DNA of 64,000 nt from an uncultured Candidatus Saccharibacteria bacterium (lineage in GTDB: Bacteria; Patescibacteriota; SICC01): contig CAZGHP010000001.1 in the NCBI GenBank assembly GCA_964525455.1, positions 8,766-72,765 of the forward strand, in the 5' to 3' direction. The notes beneath the pieces are model-generated. The model was given only the letters and a program-made list of their open reading frames with translations, ran no database searches and was not told the origin of the DNA. The translations under genes and the position numbers were made by a program. The number at the start of each line of letters is the position of its first letter. Position 1 is the stretch's first letter. Positions 9,978 to 18,527 of this stretch are shown here, one piece after another.

Positions 9978-11087
9978 TCAAGCCCCGTGCCGGATGTGCA
10001 TGACGTCGCCATCGACGACGACGTAGTCCTTGCCTTCAGCCCGAAGCTTCCCGGTATCGCGGGCGGCGGCCTCGCTGCCCGCCGCGACGAAGTCGTCATA
10101 GCCGATTACCTCGGCGCGGATGAACTTGTCAGCGAAGTCGCCGTGGATGGTGCCGGCCGCCTGCGGCGCGGAACTGCCCTTGCGGATCGGCCAGGCGCGT
10201 ACCTCCTTGGGGCCGGCGGTGTAGAAGGTGATCAGCTCGAGCAGCTCGTATCCGGCGCGGATGAACCGGTTGAGGTTCGGCTCGGTGAGCCCGACCGAAC
10301 CGAGGAATTCCGCGCGCTCCTCCGGCGGCAACGCCCCGATCTCCGCCTCGATCTTCGCGGAGACGGCGACGACCCGGAAGCTCTGTTGCTCAGCCCAGCG
10401 CTCGGCTTCCTGGAAGAACGAGTTGGTACCGGGCTTGGCCACGTCCCCCTCGCCGACGTTCGCGACCACGAGCATGGGCTTCGCGGTGATGAACGGGAGC
10501 GGGCCGCCGGCCGCGAGCGCTTTCCGCTCATCGGCGGTGAACGTCACGGAGTGCGCCGGTTGCTCCGCATCGAACGCCGCGCCGATCCGCCGGAACAGTC
10601 CCAGTCGCTCCGCGGCGTCGGGACTGCCCTTCGCCTCCTTCTCCAGCGGGCCGAGGAGCTTGTCATACGTCTGCTGGTCAGCGAGGATCAGCTCGAGCAT
10701 GACGGTGCGGAGGTCGTCCACCGGATTGAGCCTGCCGGAGACGTGCGTGACCTGCGGGTCCTCGAAACAGCGGACCACGAGCGCGATCGCGCTGGTCTCG
10801 CGGATGTGGGCCAGGAACTTGTTGCCGAGCCCTTCGCCCTTGCTGGCCCCGCCGACGAGTCCCGCGATGTCCACGAACTTCACGGTGGCGGGGACGGTCC
10901 GTTCCGGCTTCACCAGCCCGGCGAGCTTCGTAAGCCGCGAGTCGGGGACGTCCACCACGCCCTCGTTCGGTTCGATCGTAGTGAACGGCCGGTTCGCGCT
11001 TTCGGCCTGCGCGCGCTCGAGCAGGGCATTGAAGAGCGTGGACTTGCCGACGTTCGGAAGCCCGACGATGCCGATGGAGAGGGACAT
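9978..11087 (-). CDS. ychF: Ribosome-binding ATPase YchF
   Basis: GIVGLPNVGKSTLFN, DIAGLV.GASKGEGLGNKFL, TGS domain. Confidence 0.98.
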   Translation of the reverse strand: MSLSIGIVGLPNVGKSTLFNALLERAQAESANRPFTTIEPNEGVVDVPDSRLTKLAGLVKPERTVPATVKFVDIAGLVGGASKGEGLGNKFLAHIRETSAIALVVRCFEDPQVTHVSGRLNPVDDLRTVMLELILADQQTYDKLLGPLEKEAKGSPDAAERLGLFRRIGAAFDAEQPAHSVTFTADERKALAAGGPLPFITAKPMLVVANVGEGDVAKPGTNSFFQEAERWAEQQSFRVVAVSAKIEAEIGALPPEERAEFLGSVGLTEPNLNRFIRAGYELLELITFYTAGPKEVRAWPIRKGSSAPQAAGTIHGDFADKFIRAEVIGYDDFVAAGSEAAARDTGKLRAEGKDYVVVDGDVMHIRHGA

Positions 11088-11112
11088 GAATCCAGTGTAC
11101 GCGATGGGTAGC

Positions 11113-11145
11113 CGACGAGACCCGGGAAGTTCAGGTTGAAAGGGT
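11113..11145 (+). repeat. 33-bp direct repeat, left copy
   Basis: CGACGAGACCCGGGAAGTTCAGGTTGAAAGGGT, 29/33 identical to 11873-11905. Confidence 0.85.
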
Positions 11146-11168
11146 AATACAGAAAGCGCAAGAACTGT

Positions 11169-11213
11169 TGCTCCCGTCCGGTTCCTATCAAGGAAAGGTT
11201 CCGGACGGGAGCA
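11169..11213 (-). terminator. 13-bp perfect stem downstream of orphan lipoprotein gene
   Basis: TGCTCCCGTCCGG 11169-11181 / CCGGACGGGAGCA 11201-11213. Confidence 0.55.
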
Positions 11214-11240
11214 TGTTGCATGGGCTTTTGCCGCTTCCAG

Positions 11241-11702
11241 CTAATTCAACGTGTAGATGAAGTGGATCCGCTTGCACTGTTTGGACAGGGAAAGCACTAT
11301 CCAGAGGTCGCCGATCGTCCGAAAACTGTCTGCGCTCTCCGGATCTACGGACTCCACTCGTTTCTCGCATCGTTTGCTGCCGAACGGTACGGTCGTTGGG
11401 TAATCCAGGACGGGGGATGACTCGTACTCATAACAGAAGTAGGGTCCCTCGGTAGTTCCCGGCGGTTTCGGGTATGGCGGGTCCGAGTAAATCGCGTAGA
11501 CCTTGGTGACTCGGCAGTTGTCTACGATGCCGCGCACCGTCTCGGGATCCCGGTGTTTGATCGGCTCGGGAGGCTTTCCCTGATGCTCGACCTCCATGCT
11601 GGTGATCACGGGACCGTTGTCCTCGTTCCCGCAGCTGACTGCGAGCACTGCGGTGGCGGCAAGCAGGATGAGTACTGTCACCATCCGGCGGGTGATGCCC
11701 AT
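11241..11702 (-). CDS. Orphan putative lipoprotein
   Basis: Signal peptide with lipobox-like LAVSC, SD AAGGAG, own promoter and 3' hairpin. Confidence 0.7.
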   Translation of the reverse strand: MGITRRMVTVLILLAATAVLAVSCGNEDNGPVITSMEVEHQGKPPEPIKHRDPETVRGIVDNCRVTKVYAIYSDPPYPKPPGTTEGPYFCYEYESSPVLDYPTTVPFGSKRCEKRVESVDPESADSFRTIGDLWIVLSLSKQCKRIHFIYTLN

Positions 11703-11872
11703 GTCGTTCTCCTTCGGTCGGGTACTGGGCGCTCTGGATACGGAATATCCACAGCGCCCGTCCCGATCGGAGGAAAAAAGTTGTTAACGCCTCTTCGATT
11801 GAAAAGACAATTCAGTATAACAAAAGACTTTCCTCAAGACACCTTGCGCGGGAAGCCTTCTCGCTTAGCGAT

Positions 11873-11905
11873 CGACGAGGTCTGGGAAGTTCAGGTCGAA
11901 AGGGT
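11873..11905 (+). repeat. 33-bp direct repeat, right copy
   Basis: CGACGAGGTCTGGGAAGTTCAGGTCGAAAGGGT. Confidence 0.85.
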
Positions 11906-11978
11906 CTAGTCTGAGGATGCATGCTCTTCGGAGTCCGCGTCGGGACGGTCTCCCGACAACGTACCTTAAGGAGGAGGC

Positions 11979-12254
11979 GTGAAACGAAGGATCTCATTCG
12001 ATCCTGTATTGGCCCTGGCCCTGGCCGTGGTGGCGGTAGCCGTCGCCGCGGGGGTCGGGATCGGCACGTTCTCCGCGAACGCGATCGTCGACTACGACCA
12101 GGCGCGTGAGCAGGAACGCCAGACCGCGATCCAGGACGGCTGTGATACGCGTGGTGGTGTCCGCAGGGTGGATGAGACGGATCCGTTCCCTCCGGGCAAT
12201 CCGGTCGGAAGTGTCATCTGCCGCGACGGCCACGCGATTCCATTCGGCGATTAA
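11979..12254 (+). CDS. Orphan membrane-anchored protein with a Cys pair
   Basis: SD TAAGGAGG, GTG start, N-terminal TM. Confidence 0.65.
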   Translation: MKRRISFDPVLALALAVVAVAVAAGVGIGTFSANAIVDYDQAREQERQTAIQDGCDTRGGVRRVDETDPFPPGNPVGSVICRDGHAIPFGD

Positions 12255-12264
12255 GGGAGTGTCC

Positions 12265-12579
12265 ATGATGAAGTTCCTGTTTTCTGATGGAAACGACGTA
12301 CAGGCCGTGATTCTCGTGCTGATCACGTTGCTGATCGCCCTGGCGATCAGCACTGGTACCGCCGTGCTGTTGCTCCTCACCATGCCTCTGGCGATGCTCC
12401 TGTTCTGGAAGTGTCTCTGGGGGTCGTTGGCGCTGGTCCTGAACCTGGTCGCGATCCTCTCGGCGGGGTACTACGAGACCGGCATGATGGCCACGCTGGG
12501 AGTAGTTGCGTTAGTTGCCGGTATCGGCGATTTGATTACCGGCTGGCAGCGCTGGCGCGCTAACCCCGAGCCTGCCTGA
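12265..12579 (+). CDS. Orphan multi-TM membrane protein
   Basis: SD AAGGGAG, three hydrophobic segments. Confidence 0.65.
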   Translation: MMKFLFSDGNDVQAVILVLITLLIALAISTGTAVLLLLTMPLAMLLFWKCLWGSLALVLNLVAILSAGYYETGMMATLGVVALVAGIGDLITGWQRWRANPEPA

Positions 12580-12644
12580 ATCACTACAACGGACTTCGAA
12601 CCCGCGCGCAGTAGTCCGTGTGGCGCAAGCCATGTCGCGGGAGC

Positions 12645-12679
12645 GGCCATCACATACTTCGGTATCTGGTGGCCTTTTT
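12645..12679 (+). terminator. Intrinsic terminator
   Basis: GGCCATCACATAC-TTCG-GTATCTGGTGGCC-TTTTT. Confidence 0.75.
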
Positions 12680-12815
12680 CTTATTCAAAAACACCCGACG
12701 GGGGAACGTCGGGCTTTAACCATGGTACTGCTGCTGATTTCCTAACCCGTGAGGGAAACTCTGATCAGCGCCGGCCGGGAAGCGGATTGCTTCACGAACG
12801 GAAGAGTTGATGTTC

Positions 12816-13355
12816 CTACGACGGCACCGGGATGAGCTCCTGACTTCCGTTCTCGAGCCCATCGAGTGGTATCCGTTTCGGTGGTCTCACGTACATCTTG
12901 CCGCGGTTCCGGAAGTTGAAGTCCACGCGCAGGGCTCTCGCGTCGAGAATCAAGTCGTACTTGCTCCGGAAGGACCATACCGCCCGTTTGCACCCCGAAC
13001 CCTGAAATGGATTCGCGTTGTTGAGCGGGAGCACTACCGGGGGTGGCACCGCCGGCACCCGGATCGCCGTGATCTGGATGTGGCACCGCTCGGCTTTCAG
13101 TGCGGGAGGCTCCTTGGTGCTGACCCGCAGCGATTTGCACGCGGCAGCCGCCTCCACCTGGAAAGCGGCACCGAAGTCGCGGGTCGGGACGAAGACCCGG
13201 CAATCGTACTCGCCGGGGGACTTGTCCGGACCGAGCTTGATGATGTGGACCTCCGGCTCGGAATCCTCATCGTGCTCGGGTGAGCTTGAGATGGCGAGCG
13301 CGAGTGCGGCCACTGCCATCAGTGCCAGTAGCAATAGCTTTCGAGCGAGCCGCAT
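12816..13355 (-). CDS. Orphan secreted protein
   Basis: Signal peptide, four Cys, SD TAAGGAGG. Confidence 0.65.
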   Translation of the reverse strand: MRLARKLLLLALMAVAALALAISSSPEHDEDSEPEVHIIKLGPDKSPGEYDCRVFVPTRDFGAAFQVEAAAACKSLRVSTKEPPALKAERCHIQITAIRVPAVPPPVVLPLNNANPFQGSGCKRAVWSFRSKYDLILDARALRVDFNFRNRGKMYVRPPKRIPLDGLENGSQELIPVPS

Positions 13356-13462
13356 ACGTCCTCCTTAGTCGGGTACGGGATCGTAAGACAACGTGGTCGT
13401 GTAAAAGAACGACCGTTTATTATTGCGCCACTAAGCGGTAAATTGCAACGTCGCAGGATAGT

Positions 13463-13511
13463 AAAACGGGCCGGTCTTCATCGAATGGGTTCGAGGAAGG
13501 GTCCGGCCCGT
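13463..13511 (-). terminator. Intrinsic terminator
   Basis: ACGGGCCGG 13466-13474 / CCGGCCCGT 13503-13511 with U-tract on minus strand. Confidence 0.6.
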
Positions 13512-13519
13512 AAGGTTCG

Positions 13520-13798
13520 TCATTCCCGCAGGTCATAGCCGTACCGACGGTAACGTCCTATCGCGCTTCCTATTGCCTCACCGAGTGCGAACAAGCTCAG
13601 GACGGAAATCGCGAGGCAGCCGACGACGATGAGGAAACCGAAGACGAGCAGGAATCCGGCGCCCGTCGGCGTCTCGGGGCAGATCCATTTGAGGATCAAG
13701 ACTGCCGGCACGCTTGCCAGCAGGGGTCCGAAGCAGTAGCAACCGTTCCGGAGCACCGCACGGTACTCCGGCACGGCGAACAGCGGTAGCGAGCGCAT
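13520..13798 (-). CDS. Orphan two-TM membrane protein
   Basis: SD AAGGAG, -10 TACAAT, two hydrophobic helices. Confidence 0.6.
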   Translation of the reverse strand: MRSLPLFAVPEYRAVLRNGCYCFGPLLASVPAVLILKWICPETPTGAGFLLVFGFLIVVGCLAISVLSLFALGEAIGSAIGRYRRYGYDLRE

Positions 13799-13861
13799 GG
13801 GTGCTCCTTGGTCGGGAACAAGACGGAATGTGAAGCAGCGGGTTTATTGTACGCTGAATAC

Positions 13862-14194
13862 ATGGCTACTTTCGACGACTTCCAGAAGCTCGACATCCGC
13901 GTCGGCGAGATCGTTTCGGCGGAGGAATTCCCGGAAGCGAAGAGGCCCAGCTACAAGCTGACGATCGACTGCGGGCCGGAGCTCGGTACCAAACGGTCGT
14001 GCGCGCAGCTCACGGCGAACTACCCGCGGGAGTCGCTCGCGGGCAAGCGGGTGCTGGCGGTGGTGAACTTCCCGCCGCGGCAGATCGGCCCGGCGGTCTC
14101 GGAAGTGCTGACCCTCGGCGTGCCGGACGCGCAGGGCGAATGCGTCCTGCTCACCCCGGACGCGGACGTGCCGCTCGGCGGGAAGGTGTATTAG
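13862..14194 (+). CDS. csaA: tRNA-binding/secretion chaperone CsaA
   Basis: FQKLDIRVGEI, VVNFPPRQIG..SEVLTLG. Confidence 0.93.
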   Translation: MATFDDFQKLDIRVGEIVSAEEFPEAKRPSYKLTIDCGPELGTKRSCAQLTANYPRESLAGKRVLAVVNFPPRQIGPAVSEVLTLGVPDAQGECVLLTPDADVPLGGKVY

Positions 14195-15546
14195 GGTTTA
14201 TAGTTATCTGCTTGCGGCAGCAGGCAATCAGTAGCAAGCTGCAGATACGAAACACACCGCGCAGGCGGTGTTTTATTTATGTGAAGATGAAAGTCTTACT
14301 TTGGATACTGGTAATTGTGGGAGGCTTATCTTTCGTGGGTGCTGCTGCCGATGAGGATGATTCTTCATCAGGTAGTTCGGGCCACTCAGAATCGGAAGCA
14401 CTAGCTGGGACAGAAAGTTGTGCTTATCCAGAAATTAACGAAGAGAATATTCGTGCTGTCATTAATCAGAAACGCACCGCTGGCTCTGAGGTAACTCCTG
14501 ATCCTGCATTGGATTCCTATTCCGAGGAGCGTTCATATGAAAATTATGAAAGACAGTCTGCTGAGGATAGTGCTAAGTACGGAACCGGCGAAGGACAAGG
14601 TTACTACAGGTGGCGAGATCAATTCGGCACAGGTGTATTCACCGAAGAAGGTCGGAATAATAGCCAACCGATTGTTGCTCCGGCTTTCGCGGAATACCAA
14701 GAGCTTTCGGATACGACAGAATACTCTGATACTTGTGATTTAATCGCTGTTTGGGAAGAGGGAACATTCACCGATGCTGCGCTCAAATATGTAGGCATTG
14801 GTATCACTGATAAATATGTTGTGATTTCCCTAGCGAAACCGACCACGCCTGTCCCAGTTGTAAATGGTGGGCAAGCCTCAGGGAACACATACGATTCGTA
14901 TGAATATAGTGGCCACGATTATTCTTATGATGATTATGGGTATTCGGAGGATTTAGATTGTGCGGATGTCAGTTATGAAGAAGCACAACAATCAATAGGT
15001 CAGGGCGACCCCCATGGCTTTGACGGTGACGGTGATGGAATCGGTTGTGAATGGAATTATTGAAATAACAATCGTTCCTAGTAGGACCATTAAAGAATGG
15101 ACTTAAATGAGTAACACTTCGTACATCAATAGGTTTGTAATCACGGAGTCGCATTCATTGGTGGCAGTTGGATTATTGATTGCGATCCAATCATTTCTTT
15201 TTCAAGAGAATGTTCAGACCGTAGACCTAGGAATTCTTTACAGCATGAAGTTGGCTATCTGGTTCTTGCTAATAATTTTTCTTGGGGAGCTTACCTGGGA
15301 GTTGATCAAGAATGGTTACGAAAGTTCTGTTGGAAAGACAAAAGATTGGATTCCAGCGTCTATACTGCTCGTTCCATTTGGGTTTCTATTGTTGTCTTCA
15401 GTTGGAGTTCTAGTCGAACTAAGCGAGTGCATCAAATGCCCACCTTCTGTGTATGTTCCAGACGTATACTTCTTAGCATTCATTGCTCCAGTTATTTTCG
15501 TATTTATAAAGATTCTACGTTTTGTAAAAAAAATTGGGCGGTATTA
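14194..15546. mobile_element. AT-rich two-gene islet with 6-bp direct repeats
   Basis: Abrupt compositional drop; GTATTA at 14188-14193 and 15541-15546. Confidence 0.6.
14287..15063 (+). CDS. Exported protein with degenerate CAP/SCP-like domain and C-terminal excalibur Ca-binding domain
   Basis: Signal/TM; IN..R, VGIG; DLDCAD..EEAQ..GDPHGFDGDGDGIGCE. Confidence 0.75.
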   Translation: MKVLLWILVIVGGLSFVGAAADEDDSSSGSSGHSESEALAGTESCAYPEINEENIRAVINQKRTAGSEVTPDPALDSYSEERSYENYERQSAEDSAKYGTGEGQGYYRWRDQFGTGVFTEEGRNNSQPIVAPAFAEYQELSDTTEYSDTCDLIAVWEEGTFTDAALKYVGIGITDKYVVISLAKPTTPVPVVNGGQASGNTYDSYEYSGHDYSYDDYGYSEDLDCADVSYEEAQQSIGQGDPHGFDGDGDGIGCEWNY

Positions 15547-15547
15547 A
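15107..15547 (+). CDS. Hypothetical four-TM membrane protein (AT-rich)
   Basis: Four hydrophobic segments, CxxC in a loop. Confidence 0.6.
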   Translation: MSNTSYINRFVITESHSLVAVGLLIAIQSFLFQENVQTVDLGILYSMKLAIWFLLIIFLGELTWELIKNGYESSVGKTKDWIPASILLVPFGFLLLSSVGVLVELSECIKCPPSVYVPDVYFLAFIAPVIFVFIKILRFVKKIGRY

Positions 15548-16524
15548 CCTTTCCCATGAAACTTCTTATGCACCTCCCGCAGCTGCGGGTTGGTGACGTG
15601 CGTGTAGACCTGGGTGGTCGTGATCGAGGCGTGGCCGAGCATCTGCTGGACGCTCCGGATGTCGGCGCCGTTCCGGAGCAGTCCCGTCGCGAACGAGTGC
15701 CGCAGCGTGTGCGGGGTCACGTCCTTCACCAGGCCGGCCGCCGCCGCGTACTTCTTGATGACCCGCTGCACCGACCGCGGCGTCAGCCGGAGGTCGGATC
15801 CGTCGGGCTCTTCCTTCACCTCGGCGGAGCGGGTCAGCAGCGGCTTCAGCGCCATCTGTGATCGTCCGCGTTTGTCCAAGTACGCCGCGAGGTGCTCCGT
15901 GGCCCGTACCGAGAGAAAGACGATCCGCGGCTTGTCGCCTTTGCCACGCACCATGAACTCGCCGCGTTCGGCGTTCACCTGGTCGGTGTCGAGGGAACAG
16001 AGCTCGGAGACGCGCAGCCCCGTGGAGTAGAAGAGCTCGAGGATCGCGCGGTCGCGGAGGCTCGTGAACGTGTCCTTGGTGCCGGCGGCTTCCAAGAGCC
16101 GCTCGACCTCCTCCGGCGTCAGGAACTCGACGCTCCGTCGTTCGGTCTTGCCGAGTTCGATCTTGTCGGCGGAAAGGGTCATCACGTCACGGCGGGCCAG
16201 GTACTTGAGCAGCGCCCGGATCGCGATCACGTGGTAGTTCTGGGTGAGCCGGCCGAGTTCGCCGCCCTGCGGGGTGGGCTGGCGGTTCAGCCAGATCCGG
16301 AAACTCCGGACCGCGTCGATCGTGATGTCCCGCGCCGTGGCGACGCCGTTCCGCGCTCCCCAGCGCATGAACCGGCCGAGGTAGTGTTCGTAATTGCGAA
16401 GCGTGAGCCGTGAAAGTTGCCGCTCCACCTCGCAGTATTCGAGAAATTGCGTGATGTATTCGGCGAGTTCGGTTTTGGGGCGGGGCGTCGCTGCCAGCTG
16501 CCCAGATGTCGCTTTTTTCGGCAT
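15544..16524 (-). CDS. XerC/XerD family tyrosine recombinase
   Basis: RDRAILELFYSTGLRVSEL, GKG, TPHTLRHSFAT..LGH...TTQVYTH. Confidence 0.95.
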   Translation of the reverse strand: MPKKATSGQLAATPRPKTELAEYITQFLEYCEVERQLSRLTLRNYEHYLGRFMRWGARNGVATARDITIDAVRSFRIWLNRQPTPQGGELGRLTQNYHVIAIRALLKYLARRDVMTLSADKIELGKTERRSVEFLTPEEVERLLEAAGTKDTFTSLRDRAILELFYSTGLRVSELCSLDTDQVNAERGEFMVRGKGDKPRIVFLSVRATEHLAAYLDKRGRSQMALKPLLTRSAEVKEEPDGSDLRLTPRSVQRVIKKYAAAAGLVKDVTPHTLRHSFATGLLRNGADIRSVQQMLGHASITTTQVYTHVTNPQLREVHKKFHGKG

Positions 16525-16610
16525 GTTCTATATTGTGCGACATTTACGCGCGGAAAGCGAGCAGGGGTGTCCGGCAGTACGTACCGGCGTGCCCGGCCGG
16601 ACGCCGGCGG

Positions 16611-16667
16611 AAAAACAAAAAAGAGAGGATAAAAGTTACGGTAGGTAACGTTTGGTTCCTCTCTTTT
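16611..16667 (-). terminator. Intrinsic terminator of orphan gene 16757-17233
   Basis: AAAAGAGAGGA 16619-16629 / TCCTCTCTTTT 16657-16667, U-tract on minus strand. Confidence 0.65.
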
Positions 16668-16756
16668 CCCCGTCCGGAACATCTTGCGATGCGGCCGCTC
16701 AAGACTTGCAAAGCACGGGGTTGTGGGCCTGTAGGTGGGTCGTGAAAGCGTCTACG

Positions 16757-17233
16757 TTAGACGCGCATCACTCCGAGTCGTAGATGGCTGGTCGAATTGG
16801 CTGGTGTGATCGCCGAAAGCACGTGTCTGACCGTAGCGAGCGCTGTGTGTCTCATCTTCGCGAACGCGGGTCTCTTGTTCAGGGTGCCGTCGTACGTGGC
16901 GTCAGTCGCGGTGTGGTACCTCGTCCTGGTCAGGCTGAGCGCCAGACCAGTCGCAAGGACCAAGCAGGCCATCATCACCGCCAGGATACTCAACGGGCTT
17001 GCCCGCTCGGACAGGGCCGCTACGGCCTGGTCCGCCATGGCGGTGAGTTGTGCAGCGATCGGCTCTGCCGTCAGGCAGGTCACCGTCATGCCGCAGGTGA
17101 TGGATGTCCCGGCCGCGTCGCCAGTCACGCCCGTCAGGGTCTGCCCCGTACTTGCGGAACTGGACAACGGGATGGTCAGGAAGACCATCATCGCGAGAAG
17201 CGCGAGTATCAGCAGCGATAACTTGCGTCTCAT
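16757..17233 (-). CDS. Orphan Thr/Ala-rich protein with signal peptide and one TM
   Basis: SD GGAGGAG, promoter and hairpin/boxA-like leader. Confidence 0.6.
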   Translation of the reverse strand: MRRKLSLLILALLAMMVFLTIPLSSSASTGQTLTGVTGDAAGTSITCGMTVTCLTAEPIAAQLTAMADQAVAALSERASPLSILAVMMACLVLATGLALSLTRTRYHTATDATYDGTLNKRPAFAKMRHTALATVRHVLSAITPANSTSHLRLGVMRV

Positions 17234-17356
17234 CTACTCCTCCAATTTTTGAAGGTGCTAAGAAACGGTCTTAGCGTCCGAATAAAAAATACTATAGGGA
17301 GGGCGCTTTATCAATGCTTAGCCGATAAGTTTTCAGACACGCGTTAAGCTGGACAT

Positions 17357-17914
17357 ATGAGCTTCCTCGACAACATCGACTACCAGCTGACCCGTGCCGC
17401 CACGGAGCTCGGCGGGCAGGAGCCGCTCCGTGACAGCGTCGTGGGCGCGACCGCCGACCTGCTGCCTTACTTCTTCACCGCTGCCGGGGTCTGGATATTC
17501 CTCAGCGGCCGGACCAAGCGCCAGAAGGAGAAGGGCCACGACGCGGTCTTCGCCGCGATCGGGGCCGTGCTGCTGGCGATCGGCACCCGCTGGCTGATCG
17601 GCGAGGTGTTCCACCGCGACCGGCCGTTCGTCACGCACCAGCTCCACCACCTCGATCTCGTGGATCCGCTCGAACAGTCGTTCCCAAGCGGCCACGCGAT
17701 GGTGCTCTTCGCGTTCGCCGGTACCATCTACTTCATCGGGAACCACCGGAAATGGGGCGTCGCGCTACTGACCGTCGCGGCGGTCGTGGCGGTCGCCCGG
17801 GTCGCCGCCGGCGTCCATTATCCGAGTGACGTGATCGCCGGCGCCCTGATCGGCCTCGCGCTTGCCAAACTCGTCTCTTGGCAGAGCCGCTGGCTGGCGA
17901 GGGAAATGCGCTAG
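17357..17914 (+). CDS. PAP2 family phosphatase (BcrC-like undecaprenyl-PP phosphatase)
   Basis: RDRPF, SFPSGH, RVAAGVHYPSDV. Confidence 0.92.
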   Translation: MSFLDNIDYQLTRAATELGGQEPLRDSVVGATADLLPYFFTAAGVWIFLSGRTKRQKEKGHDAVFAAIGAVLLAIGTRWLIGEVFHRDRPFVTHQLHHLDLVDPLEQSFPSGHAMVLFAFAGTIYFIGNHRKWGVALLTVAAVVAVARVAAGVHYPSDVIAGALIGLALAKLVSWQSRWLAREMR

Positions 17915-17977
17915 GCGTACACTGACTAGTCGTCCCACCCGACCTTTTACATCACGAAACCGACGGAAGGAGCAGCC

Positions 17978-18178
17978 GTGGAGTGGGTGATCATCATACT
18001 TGTCGTGCTGGCCCTGCTCGGGTCGCGCCTCGCCAAAGGGTGCCTGCTCGGCATCTTCTGGTTCGTCATCCTGGCCTTCGTGCTCGTTCTGTTTCTCACG
18101 CTGCTCATCCAGAGCGACGTCAAGGACGGGAACGATAAGCCGCCTAAACCCCGGACGGAAATCGTCCGGACGGTCTGA
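17978..18178 (+). CDS. Small orphan membrane protein (66 aa)
   Basis: SD AAGGAG, two hydrophobic segments. Confidence 0.6.
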   Translation: MEWVIIILVVLALLGSRLAKGCLLGIFWFVILAFVLVLFLTLLIQSDVKDGNDKPPKPRTEIVRTV

Positions 18179-18188
18179 GAGGAAGTGT

Positions 18189-18311
18189 ATGAGCGTTAAG
18201 AAGAAAGTACTTATCGGTGTCGGAGGAGGCTCCCTGTTCGTCTTTGCCTTTTTGGCGGCATTGGCGTGGATCGTCCTCGAGGAGGATGAGCGTGACCGGT
18301 ATCTCGGATGA
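18189..18311 (+). CDS. Small orphan membrane peptide (40 aa)
   Basis: SD-like GAGGA; MSVKKKV then TM then acidic tail. Confidence 0.5.
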   Translation: MSVKKKVLIGVGGGSLFVFAFLAALAWIVLEEDERDRYLG

Positions 18312-18332
18312 TCATCTGGAGGACTGAGAGCC

Positions 18333-18527
18333 ATGCGTGACTGGCCGGCAATCCTCGGCATCCTGATCCTGGTCGCCCTGGGGGTCGCGTTTTTGGCGGG
18401 GGTCGTCTCGGTGGCTACCGGATCCTCGTTCACCCTTAATATGATCAGGATCCTTGCGATCTACGTGGTTGCCTTGATTATCTGGTTCGGACGCGACCGC
18501 ATGAACCACGGCATCGACCATTCCTGA
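18333..18527 (+). CDS. Small orphan membrane protein (64 aa)
   Basis: SD GGAGG, two TM segments. Confidence 0.6.
   Translation: MRDWPAILGILILVALGVAFLAGVVSVATGSSFTLNMIRILAIYVVALIIWFGRDRMNHGIDHS

Noticed and set aside
12589-12641. HDV-like ribozyme
   Set aside because: No room for P3/L3 and no catalytic C in the J4/2 position.
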